Source of the DNA: a virus
Strand: one strand, 5' to 3'
IMG/VR virus record: IMGVR_UViG_3300007513_000013
Coordinates: 1-64,000 of that record
DNA length: 64,000 nt
In this document: in pieces, positions 37,347-44,718 of the stretch
How positions within the stretch are numbered: position 1 is the first letter of the stretch
How the letters are laid out: each line of letters starts with the position of its first letter
Notes under the pieces: generated by a model
Told to the model about the DNA's origin: nothing
The model's database searches: none
What the model saw: only the letters and a program-made list of their open reading frames with translations
Translations under genes and position numbers: made by a program

Positions 37347-37375
37347 TTGACAAAACGTTCTCTGTGTGAGATAAT
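37347..37375 (+). promoter_or_regulatory. early promoter, TGA-GATAAT variant
   Basis: TTGACA-17-GATAAT, then ATAGAAACTTAGAGAA leader. Confidence 0.8.
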
Positions 37376-37407
37376 ACATATAGAAACTTAGAGAAAGGGC
37401 AAATAAC

Positions 37408-37575
37408 ATGCAAGCTGGCGATTTAGTGGGACATAGATTTGAAAATGGTTTAGGCGTGATATTGAAAACACCAGAACAAACGAACAACGGTGATTATTTG
37501 GTACATTTTACAAACGACCGCAAGCCAAGATGGTATAGAGAGAAATACTTGGAGCTAATCAATGTCGCATCCTGA
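37408..37575 (+). CDS. MKxGDLV-family protein (55 aa, not in track)
   Basis: MQAGDLVGH..LGVIL..YLVHF...LELIN. Confidence 0.65.
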   Translation: MQAGDLVGHRFENGLGVILKTPEQTNNGDYLVHFTNDRKPRWYREKYLELINVAS

Positions 37576-37798
37576 AAACAATGAAAAGAACAGGTTCGAA
37601 CTAGCCACAAACGTTGTTGACACTTGGTCACTGGAGGATTTACGCGAATATGTGATACGCGAGCTTGAATCCGACTACCGTGCTGACCAATCATATTTTG
37701 AAGAAGAGTTCGACAACTTCGAAGACTCTTTCGAGTGGTCCGAAGAACTTCAGGCAACTATTGAAAAGCCGATTGACACTTCTCACATTGGAGCATAA
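37562..37798 (+). CDS. acidic early hypothetical protein
   Basis: GGAG RBS; D/E-rich. Confidence 0.65.
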   Translation: MSHPENNEKNRFELATNVVDTWSLEDLREYVIRELESDYRADQSYFEEEFDNFEDSFEWSEELQATIEKPIDTSHIGA

Positions 37799-37801
37799 AC
37801 A

Positions 37802-38185
37802 ATGGGATACCGATCAGAAGTAGCACTCGCAGTTAGCAAAGACATTATGCCATATTTTCTTGGCGTATTGGCAAAAGAACCAGCGGCGCGCCCCATGATA
37901 TTCAAAGGCTGCGACCATCTTGATCAAGATTATAACGGAGAGGGCACATTGCTCGTTGTCTGGCATGAAATAAAATGGTATGACACTTATCCAGAGATCA
38001 AGGCAATTCAGGACTTTATTGAAGGTTGTGAATTGGATGATGCCGAACACATGGGACTCAAAGACATTGAATATCCAAGCGAGCATGTACGATTCGTGCG
38101 CCTCGGTGAGGACTTTGATGACTGTGAGACGAAGGGCACATTGCACGATTGGGATATTGGCATGAGCAGGGCACTGAGCTATTGA
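37802..38185 (+). CDS. early hypothetical protein
   Basis: MGYRSEVALAV...FVRLGED. Confidence 0.65.
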   Translation: MGYRSEVALAVSKDIMPYFLGVLAKEPAARPMIFKGCDHLDQDYNGEGTLLVVWHEIKWYDTYPEIKAIQDFIEGCELDDAEHMGLKDIEYPSEHVRFVRLGEDFDDCETKGTLHDWDIGMSRALSY

Positions 38186-38379
38186 AAGTCGGTGATTTAG
38201 TTAAAGTTACAGCATCAGGTTTGCGCCCACAAATTGATGGTATTGCATTGATCACAAGAGTGGAAGAACGGAAAGATTCATCAGGTGCTATAGTTCAATA
38301 TTGGGCACAAATGGCGGAATCAGGCCACTTGTACTGGTTTCGAGAAGGGCAGATAGAGGTTATAAGTGAAAGTCTGTAA
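38182..38379 (+). CDS. MKxGDLV-family protein
   Basis: (TTG)KVGDLVKV...IEVIS. Confidence 0.65.
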   Translation: MKVGDLVKVTASGLRPQIDGIALITRVEERKDSSGAIVQYWAQMAESGHLYWFREGQIEVISESL

Positions 38380-38635
38380 AGTAATTATAGTTTTGATAAT
38401 GGTTGTTGTTTCTGGGTGTGTTTTTCATGTAGAAGAAGAGCCTATTCCTTGTGGGTATGATGAACAACCTTATTATGAGGTGCCTTTATACTGCGATGTG
38501 AACCCGTGGACATATAAAGGCGAGTGCTGCACTTGGATAGTACAAGACTACTACAGCGAGTGCATTGAATCATGGTGCTATAATGAATACGTGTGCGGCT
38601 GGATGGTTAACCAGCGCTCCTGTTATCCCATATAA
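38366..38635 (+). CDS. Cys-rich lipoprotein
   Basis: Lipobox VSGC; further Cys residues in the mature part. Confidence 0.7.
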   Translation: MKVCKVIIVLIMVVVSGCVFHVEEEPIPCGYDEQPYYEVPLYCDVNPWTYKGECCTWIVQDYYSECIESWCYNEYVCGWMVNQRSCYPI

Positions 38636-38650
38636 AACAAAAGAAACTTC

Positions 38651-38679
38651 TTGACAAAACATCGTTTGTGTGAGATAAT
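38651..38679 (+). promoter_or_regulatory. early promoter, TGA-GATAAT variant
   Basis: TTGACA-17-GATAAT. Confidence 0.8.
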
Positions 38680-38685
38680 ATAAGC

Positions 38686-38865
38686 ATGAAAGTTAAAAGA
38701 CTAGTTGAAGTTCTCACAACGATGGACGTGCCAGCCTCTCGAAAAGAACTTACGCCATCAAACGTACGATGGCTACTTCGAAACCTGCGAGTACGCAACG
38801 GGCAACATCCCGATATTAATGAAACAATTTCAGATCTTAAGGAGATTGCACGTGCAAGTCGGTGA
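38686..38865 (+). CDS. 59-aa early hypothetical protein (not in track)
   Basis: MKVKRLVEVLTTMDVP..WLLRNLRVRN; starts 6 nt after the -10 box. Confidence 0.6.
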   Translation: MKVKRLVEVLTTMDVPASRKELTPSNVRWLLRNLRVRNGQHPDINETISDLKEIARASR

Positions 38866-39040
38866 TTTAGTTGAGCTTTCGGCTTGTGGTAAGAAACTTA
38901 AAAGTTTCAAGGGGTTACATGGGCATCATGGAATTGTGATCAAGCCTTCTTCAAGGTACGGCCTCTATCAAATACATTGGTTTGGAAAGCCTGTTAATTT
39001 TATGAAACGAAAAGATATAAAACACGTAAAAAACACTTGA
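38852..39040 (+). CDS. MKxGDLV-family protein
   Basis: GGAG RBS, (GTG)QVGDLVELS; track start 38705 is too early. Confidence 0.65.
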   Translation: MQVGDLVELSACGKKLKSFKGLHGHHGIVIKPSSRYGLYQIHWFGKPVNFMKRKDIKHVKNT

Positions 39041-39065
39041 CAAACCCGCCAATCTATGAGATAAT
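39037..39065 (+). promoter_or_regulatory. early promoter, TGA-GATAAT variant
   Basis: TTGACA-17-GATAAT. Confidence 0.8.
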
Positions 39066-39071
39066 ATTAAC

Positions 39072-39245
39072 ATGATACGAGAACTTCAAATTGGAGATTT
39101 AATTCAGACCAGAATGGGCTGGGTGGGAATTATTGTCGCACAAGACATACAAACCCAAACCGGTCAGCATTGGTGGAGAATTTACAACGCTGCCCAACAA
39201 CGATTCAGAATTGTTGGAGAGTGGGAGTTAGAGCGCATAAAATGA
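39072..39245 (+). CDS. MKxGDLV-family protein (57 aa, not in track)
   Basis: MIRELQIGDLIQT..VGIIV...LERIK. Confidence 0.6.
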   Translation: MIRELQIGDLIQTRMGWVGIIVAQDIQTQTGQHWWRIYNAAQQRFRIVGEWELERIK

Positions 39246-39424
39246 AAGTCGGTGATATAGTAAAACATACTCGCGGCCTGTTAGGGATTATTGTTGAAGT
39301 TCCGGCAGAAGATGACTACTGGGGCAAAACTGCTGTAATTCAATGGACCGATGGACCGATGTACAGAGCAGAGCACACAGAAGAAGAATTTGAAGTTCTG
39401 GAGGTAATCAGTGCAAGTCGGTGA
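39242..39424 (+). CDS. MKxGDLV-family protein
   Basis: MKVGDIVKH..LGIIV..IQW...LEVIS. Confidence 0.7.
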   Translation: MKVGDIVKHTRGLLGIIVEVPAEDDYWGKTAVIQWTDGPMYRAEHTEEEFEVLEVISASR

Positions 39425-39599
39425 TTTGGTTAAAGAAAGAAGCAAAATGAATCGCATCTGTTCGTTGGGAGTGATACTAAAAATACAAGAATGCCGCGCC
39501 GCCAAATGTGAATGTAAGGCAGAAGAATATTTAGTTCATTTCTTTGATGATGATGACAAGTGCTGGATGAGCAGTGGGTTTTTAGAGGTTGTCGGTTGA
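39411..39599 (+). CDS. MKxGDLV-family protein
   Basis: MQVGDLVKE..LGVIL..YLVHF...LEVVG. Confidence 0.7.
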   Translation: MQVGDLVKERSKMNRICSLGVILKIQECRAAKCECKAEEYLVHFFDDDDKCWMSSGFLEVVG

Positions 39600-39607
39600 G
39601 CAGTAGA

Positions 39608-39808
39608 ATGCCCAAAGTTGGTGATTTGTTGATTCAGAAGGTTGACGGACAAAACCATGTTGGTTTTATTTATAGCCTCTCTTTTCCTAAAGCAAGGGTT
39701 TTTGTGCGATGGGCGGGAAAAGCACCAAATTGTTATAACAGTGAATACGGCTATTCACCAACCAATATCCACAATCAACCCCACGTATTTAGTTTGGTGA
39801 AAACATGA
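39608..39808 (+). CDS. MKxGDLV-family protein
   Basis: MPKVGDLLIQ..VGFI..FVRW. Confidence 0.65.
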   Translation: MPKVGDLLIQKVDGQNHVGFIYSLSFPKARVFVRWAGKAPNCYNSEYGYSPTNIHNQPHVFSLVKT

Positions 39809-39993
39809 AAGTTGGCGATATGATTAGAGAAAAAGAGTATCCCGACGATTCGTGCGGAGTGATTGTGCATGTTGGAGACTTGCGAACAAAAAAACCATAC
39901 AAAGTCTGGTGTCCCTTTTGGCAGGGCATTATGGACTTTGATAAGAATTACGTTCAAGAGGTGTGCGAGGTCGTTAGCAGTGCAAGTAGGTGA
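39805..39993 (+). CDS. MKxGDLV-family protein
   Basis: MKVGDMIRE..GVIV..YKVW...CEVVS. Confidence 0.7.
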   Translation: MKVGDMIREKEYPDDSCGVIVHVGDLRTKKPYKVWCPFWQGIMDFDKNYVQEVCEVVSSASR

Positions 39994-40144
39994 TTTAGTT
40001 AGACAAAAACACACCCCGCAAGGCGTTTGGTTAGTTACCAAGATAGATACTATTGATGGCTGGTTTAAGGCTCAAAGCTGTGGATATCATAGCGCATGGT
40101 TGAGAACAAACGAATACGAGGTCTTGAGTCGTGGCAATAGATAA
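39980..40144 (+). CDS. MKxGDLV-family protein
   Basis: (GTG)QVGDLVRQ...YEVLS. Confidence 0.65.
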   Translation: MQVGDLVRQKHTPQGVWLVTKIDTIDGWFKAQSCGYHSAWLRTNEYEVLSRGNR

Positions 40145-40358
40145 GAGCAAACTAAAGGAGCCAATTAGCACAGAAGAGAATCGCGAGCTATTTGCAGAGC
40201 TTCTTGTTAATGATATGTCAACGAAAGAAATTCGAGAGAGAGTAAAAGAGGACATAATGAAGTCTTTCAGAAACTCAAGGACAACATTTCTCAGGGAGTA
40301 TTGGAAGTATTACGAAGAGACTTATGGGCACTGTCCGTTCAGGCTCAATAGTGACTAA
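40131..40358 (+). CDS. early hypothetical protein
   Basis: GAGGT RBS inside upstream gene. Confidence 0.55.
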   Translation: MAIDKSKLKEPISTEENRELFAELLVNDMSTKEIRERVKEDIMKSFRNSRTTFLREYWKYYEETYGHCPFRLNSD

Positions 40359-40391
40359 AAAGTAGCTCGCGAAATTTTTTCACTTTAATAC

Positions 40392-40420
40392 TTGACAAAC
40401 ACGTCACCATATGAGATAAT
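40392..40420 (+). promoter_or_regulatory. early promoter, TGA-GATAAT variant
   Basis: TTGACA-17-GATAAT, ATAGAAAC leader. Confidence 0.8.
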
Positions 40421-40451
40421 GTATATAGAAACAGTGGCAAAAGGAGCCAAA

Positions 40452-40622
40452 ATGTTAGATATAGAACGAGCAAAGATTCAATCCTTTCTCGACAACGCAG
40501 AAACGCCCGAAGAAACTGAGCTTGCAGAAGCTTTGCTTGAGGGTTATGATAGTGGTGAACTTGAGGTTCTGACAGATACAGCAACGGGCGAATTGCTCTT
40601 TGCTTTGAAGAGGGTAAACTAA
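40452..40622 (+). CDS. 56-aa acidic early protein
   Basis: AGGAG RBS before ATG 40452. Confidence 0.6.
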   Translation: MLDIERAKIQSFLDNAETPEETELAEALLEGYDSGELEVLTDTATGELLFALKRVN

Positions 40623-40834
40623 TGACTGATATTAGTCAAATTATTTTAGATGTACTGGATTCACATCCAGACTTAGCCGGGAACCATGCCAACGCTGAAG
40701 TAGCAGAGCTATGTGAACAAAAACTACTAAACGCTTCGCTGCATCAGTTGGCAAGCGTTATTGGTGGTACTGTAGAAGTAGATAATGACGGTCAAGCTGT
40801 TATCTACACAAATATGCGCCTTGGAGGGCTATAA
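40622..40834 (+). CDS. early hypothetical protein
   Basis: 70 aa, coupled to upstream gene. Confidence 0.6.
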   Translation: MTDISQIILDVLDSHPDLAGNHANAEVAELCEQKLLNASLHQLASVIGGTVEVDNDGQAVIYTNMRLGGL

Positions 40835-40837
40835 TTT

Positions 40838-40993
40838 ATGACGAGAGCAGAAGAACTAAAAATCCTTAAAGACTTCATTGACAAGAATGGAGTAACTCAG
40901 CTTCCCCCAGATGAAAGGGGGCCAGAAGCATTCATTAGCGCATGGGCAAAGCCTAAAGCTAAGAGAGGGAGAAAGAAGAAAGTTGCAAAGTGA
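40838..40993 (+). CDS. 51-aa protein with basic tail (not in track)
   Basis: MTRAEELKILKDFIDKNGVTQLPP...KRGRKKK; GGAGG RBS. Confidence 0.55.
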   Translation: MTRAEELKILKDFIDKNGVTQLPPDERGPEAFISAWAKPKAKRGRKKKVAK

Positions 40994-41219
40994 AGTAAAA
41001 GAAATACTGATTGACTTGGTTAATTATTATAATACAATGGGCACGCAATCTGATCCGGGCATTGAAGCCTTTCAATCAGTTGCACAACGCGCATCAAAAG
41101 CATTAGAACGCGATGCTGCTAACAAACGTTTAGGTTCAGCAGATGTTGATCCATATTCGTTTGATGTAGTTGGTACGCTCAAAGAAGTAGCTACCGTTAA
41201 ACACGAATCAGAACTTTAA
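40983..41219 (+). CDS. hypothetical protein
   Basis: Likely TTG start at 40983 in the 40911 frame. Confidence 0.4.
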   Translation: MQSEVKEILIDLVNYYNTMGTQSDPGIEAFQSVAQRASKALERDAANKRLGSADVDPYSFDVVGTLKEVATVKHESEL

Positions 41220-41388
41220 TTTTTTTATTTTTTTGGTTTTAGATAGAGGTAGCAAAGGTTATAAGTAGATAAAGGCGTTGATTGATTAGGTGGAAGTGGA
41301 AATAGGTGGTTAGAGTAGTACTATAAAGCCTATATACGCGAACACCGCTTGTCAAGCCTTTATTTATTTTTTTTTTATTTTTATTTGC

Positions 41389-41417
41389 TTGACAAGCGTA
41401 CCGTCGCATGGTATGAT
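41389..41417 (+). promoter_or_regulatory. sigma70-type promoter; inverted TTGACA at 41350-41355 suggests a divergent partner
   Basis: TTGACA-17-TATGAT with TG extension. Confidence 0.75.
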
Positions 41418-41443
41418 GGTATTAACAAGTAGGAGGATTGTTT

Positions 41444-41527
41444 ATGACGCTAGGAATTATTGGTTATATAGCGGCTGTGGCTGCATCGGCAACGATGTTC
41501 GCATGGTCGAACCCTAAAAAGTTTTAA
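41444..41527 (+). CDS. 27-aa single-TM peptide
   Basis: AGGAGG RBS; MTLGIIGYIAAVAASATMFAWSNPKKF. Confidence 0.6.
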   Translation: MTLGIIGYIAAVAASATMFAWSNPKKF

Positions 41528-41897
41528 AACAGGCTATTTTTAAAGCCTAATGATATCGCGGAGTTAGTTTAACTTTCGCTTAGTGGAGATAGAATTGAAA
41601 TTATTTTCTACATTGCCTCTCGACAATTTAATATTGCTTTCAATATTGCCCTTTGGTACGGGCTATTTATTGGACGAGGAAGACAAGCCAGACGAGAATT
41701 CTCTCATGTTTGCCATGGCATTAATAGCGGCTGACAGTCGCGCAACCATTCCAACCATAACCTACAGCAATTAATATCGAGGGCAGCAATGTATAATTCA
41801 GACGAGTCAGTGATCACGGGTATGGATATCCATCCAATCGTCAAGAAAATGACAGTCAAGAAGGTTAAAAAAAGATTGAAAAAGCGAAAGAAAAAGC

Positions 41898-41926
41898 TTG
41901 ACAAACGGCGCAAAATTTGAGATAAT
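41898..41926 (+). promoter_or_regulatory. early promoter, TGA-GATAAT variant
   Basis: TTGACA-17-GATAAT, ATAGAAACTTAGAGAA leader. Confidence 0.8.
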
Positions 41927-41958
41927 GTATATAGAAACTTAGAGAAGGATAACATTCT

Positions 41959-42183
41959 ATGGCTAGCGACTTGTACAACGTCATGACCCACGATCAGGCA
42001 GTTGATTATTTCAACGCTGAGATCCTGCCAACAATCAAAGAGCATTACGAGCAAGATGGCGTTCCAGATCTTCCCGCGCGCCGTGAAGAGTGGAACAATT
42101 GGACTGATTCGCTCTGCAAAGATGAGCAGATCAGCGACTGGCAATACGACAATTGGACACAACCCGAAACCTGCGAGGGCTAA
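41959..42183 (+). CDS. acidic Trp-rich early protein
   Basis: RREEWNNWTDSLCKDEQISDWQYDNW; AAGGA RBS. Confidence 0.7.
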   Translation: MASDLYNVMTHDQAVDYFNAEILPTIKEHYEQDGVPDLPARREEWNNWTDSLCKDEQISDWQYDNWTQPETCEG

Positions 42184-42255
42184 AAATAATATGCTTACAA
42201 TAGCAATTCTTTCAGCAGTAGTAACCACAACAAGTATTTTTATTTAATTTTTTTC

Positions 42256-42284
42256 TTGACAAACCTTATGTCATTTGCTATAAT
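42256..42284 (+). promoter_or_regulatory. early promoter
   Basis: TTGACA-17-TATAAT with TG extension. Confidence 0.85.
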
Positions 42285-42321
42285 GTATATAGAACAATGA
42301 AGAAAGGTTAAGAGTATACCT

Positions 42322-42495
42322 ATGACACGTAAAGACTTCCAACTGATTGCCGACGTACTCAAAGCTAGTAGCACGTCCCCTATGAATCGCTGCGTAATAC
42401 GAGAGCTAGCGGTGAGCTTCGCTAGCGAGCTAACCAAGACCAACCCCCGCTTTAATAAAGAGCGTTTCGTTAAAGCCTGTTTAGAAAAAAGCTAA
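42322..42495 (+). CDS. 57-aa early phage protein (not in track)
   Basis: MTRKDFQLIADVLK...NPRFNKERFVKAC. Confidence 0.65.
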   Translation: MTRKDFQLIADVLKASSTSPMNRCVIRELAVSFASELTKTNPRFNKERFVKACLEKS

Positions 42496-42514
42496 ACAAT
42501 AACAAACAGTTAAA

Positions 42515-42575
42515 GGTACCCCCCCTCCCCCCTATACCGGAATTATAATCCCTTATAGAGAGGGGAGAAGTGGGG
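42515..42575 (+). other. C-tract/G-tract element at the early/late module boundary
   Basis: GGTA-C7-T-C6-TATA-CCGG...TATAGAGAGGGGAGAAGTGGGG in an otherwise AT-rich intergenic region. Confidence 0.5.
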
Positions 42576-42667
42576 ACTAAGTACAGCCGCGTGATCACAA
42601 AAAAAAATTAAGCCAGAATTCGAAACAACGTTACCTCCGAACTATTTATATAAAAGGAGACAATAAC

Positions 42668-42742
42668 ATGAAAAACGTACTACATCGATTACTTAACTGG
42701 CTAAACCCGATGCATTGCTGTTGCAAGTGTGGCTGTTGCTAA
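42668..42742 (+). CDS. 24-aa peptide with Cys-rich tail
   Basis: ACTATTTAT and AGGAG RBS upstream; MKNVLHRLLNWLNPMHCCCKCGCC. Confidence 0.55.
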   Translation: MKNVLHRLLNWLNPMHCCCKCGCC

Positions 42743-42753
42743 TAAAAAAAAAT

Positions 42754-42813
42754 ATGGAACTAGCTAGATTAAAAAAAATAATCATAGAAGAACTACGTAA
42801 ACTTCTAGAATAA
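42754..42813 (+). CDS. 19-aa ORF consisting only of the IIxEEL motif
   Basis: MELARLKKIIIEELRKLLE. Confidence 0.45.
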   Translation: MELARLKKIIIEELRKLLE

Positions 42814-42865
42814 TGATGAAAAGCTAAATTTTAGTACTATTTAATATATCAGGAGTGTTAACAGC

Positions 42866-44062
42866 ATGAAAATCACTAAATCAATATTACAAAGAATCAT
42901 ACAAGAAGAATTGAGCTTAACCTTGAAAGAAGCGTTTTGGCCGTTCGGCGTACGCCTAGGCGATATCGTAGAGCCTGCAGCGCAGAGTGTCGCGCGGTCA
43001 GACCCGGCATATACAGCAGACGCCGCGGCCAACATATATGATCGAAACATGCAACTGTTGCGAACAAATCTAGGAAAAGGCTACGGTCGACATCGACTGG
43101 GAATTGGACCAGAATTTGCCGCACCGCCGCTGCAGCAGGGAGACTTTATTGATTTAGACGGTGATGGCGAAAACGATTCTGCAACAATATTGCGCCTTGC
43201 CTTAAAACACCACTTAGAAGATGATGACGCGGCGATTAACACGGTACCGGCATACGAAGCCGATCCGTTAACAGCTGGCGGAGCGCTGCTAGGAGACTAT
43301 TTAGAGGAAACAAAACATATGAAAATCACAAAATCAATATTACAAAGAGTTATACAAGAAGAACTACAGGCAGTACTGCAGGAAGAAAATTTTACACCTG
43401 CGGACTTTGGCCAAGAGCAGATGACGCACGTGGCACCGGTTACGCAGGGTTCAAGTACGTTCGTTCCAGTAGGCATTGAAGACGAAAGTACCCGCACATC
43501 GTACCCTGTGAGCAAGACCCCGATGAGCCGTATTGACCGCCGCGAGCCTGGTAGTGTCGATCTTAAGCCCTCTGAAGAGGCGCGCAGAGACTTTGTCACC
43601 GGATCCACGATTGGAGTGGTCGGTGAAGCGCTTTCATTCGAGCAAATTGTACAAGAAGAATATGATATGCTAATGCAAGAAAAAGAAGAAAAGCTAGTGA
43701 CCCCAGCAAAAAGTCCGAAGAAGGGATTCACAAAAGACAAGAAAGTCACAGTAAAGGGCGAATTCGGTGGCAAGAAAGTAGTAACGTTACCAGGAAAAAA
43801 ATATGATCCCGGTAAATTTCGCGATGATGTTAAGATAGTCCACACGGGCCCAAAAAAGCCCAAGTATACGCCAAGAGTAACAGTAGGCGGCTTGGTCAAG
43901 CGCGACATAGAAGATGTATATGGAAAAGAAGATAAGAAAGAGAAGAAAAAAAGCAATCTAAAAGTAAGCAAGAAGCCGACAGATAAAGATACTGCAGCTC
44001 TGCGTAAACTAAAGAAACAGAAAGAGAAAAACATCGATGCTAAAGCGCGGAAGAAAAAATAA
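42866..44062 (+). CDS. MKITK-motif protein with internal second copy (nested start at 43319) and Lys-rich C-terminus
   Basis: MKITKSILQRIIQEEL at both 42866 and 43319. Confidence 0.7.
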   Translation: MKITKSILQRIIQEELSLTLKEAFWPFGVRLGDIVEPAAQSVARSDPAYTADAAANIYDRNMQLLRTNLGKGYGRHRLGIGPEFAAPPLQQGDFIDLDGDGENDSATILRLALKHHLEDDDAAINTVPAYEADPLTAGGALLGDYLEETKHMKITKSILQRVIQEELQAVLQEENFTPADFGQEQMTHVAPVTQGSSTFVPVGIEDESTRTSYPVSKTPMSRIDRREPGSVDLKPSEEARRDFVTGSTIGVVGEALSFEQIVQEEYDMLMQEKEEKLVTPAKSPKKGFTKDKKVTVKGEFGGKKVVTLPGKKYDPGKFRDDVKIVHTGPKKPKYTPRVTVGGLVKRDIEDVYGKEDKKEKKKSNLKVSKKPTDKDTAALRKLKKQKEKNIDAKARKKK

Positions 44063-44166
44063 CCGCCAAAGAAAAAGAGAAAGTTCACGGCGCAGGAAAT
44101 GGACGATATGGACAAAGACTTATAGACACTATTAACAATTATTAAAAGGACAAGGGTTAACCACAC

Positions 44167-44718
44167 ATGAAACTAACTAAATCACGACTACAACAAATTA
44201 TTAAAGAAGAGTTACAGGCAGTTCTCCAAGAAACCGGCCCATACCAAGATCAACATCCGGGTAGTGGCTGTGATCCTTCCGTGCAGACATGTGTTGGCCC
44301 ATCGGTTGAATTGGGTAGTGAATTTGATTACGGCGGCAAAACGGCTGATGTGGTTAGATCCTACCAAGCCGGGCAATCACGTGACATGTCACCTCATTCT
44401 AACCAAACCCTTACCGGCGATTTCCAAACACTACTAGCGCATGCAAGTGAAGTTGGAGATGCTATGGACCCGGGTATGAGGCAGCATATGCATGATTTAG
44501 GCCAAGAATTACTGGCCCGGGGCTATCCAGCCAATTTAGTTAATGCGCAATATAAGACATTTGGAATTAACCAACAACAACCACAATATAAACTGCAATT
44601 AAGAAATTTAAACAAGGCACCGGGAGAGGAGGGCTTTGTGCCCATCGATGAGTCAACAATCAAAAAACAACAACTGCAGGATATTATTCAAGAAGAATTA
44701 CGAAATGTTTTGCTATGA
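44167..44718 (+). CDS. MKLTK-motif probable virion protein
   Basis: MKLTKSRLQQIIKEEL; C-terminal QQLQDIIQEEL. Confidence 0.7.
   Translation: MKLTKSRLQQIIKEELQAVLQETGPYQDQHPGSGCDPSVQTCVGPSVELGSEFDYGGKTADVVRSYQAGQSRDMSPHSNQTLTGDFQTLLAHASEVGDAMDPGMRQHMHDLGQELLARGYPANLVNAQYKTFGINQQQPQYKLQLRNLNKAPGEEGFVPIDESTIKKQQLQDIIQEELRNVLL

Noticed and set aside
38705-38851. 5' part of the 111-aa track ORF
   Set aside because: The region is better explained by ORF 38686-38865; the real start of the downstream gene is GTG 38852 with an RBS
30939-40144. Diversity-generating retroelement as the source of paralogue variation
   Set aside because: No reverse transcriptase and no near-identical TR/VR pair with A-specific differences in this window
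41011-41033. TTGACT...TATAAT
   Set aside because: Spacer is only 11 nt; not a sigma70 promoter
41704-42228. 174-aa minus-strand ORF
   Set aside because: Crosses a strong + strand promoter and ORF 41959; no RBS; likely a shadow
44063-44083. PKKKRK, similar to the SV40 nuclear localisation signal
   Set aside because: Expected by chance in Lys-rich sequence of a bacterial virus, and it lies after a stop codon
43297-44166. 289-aa minus-strand ORF
   Set aside because: Antisense to a Lys-rich + strand gene; its Phe/Leu/Ser richness is the mirror of AAA/GAA codons
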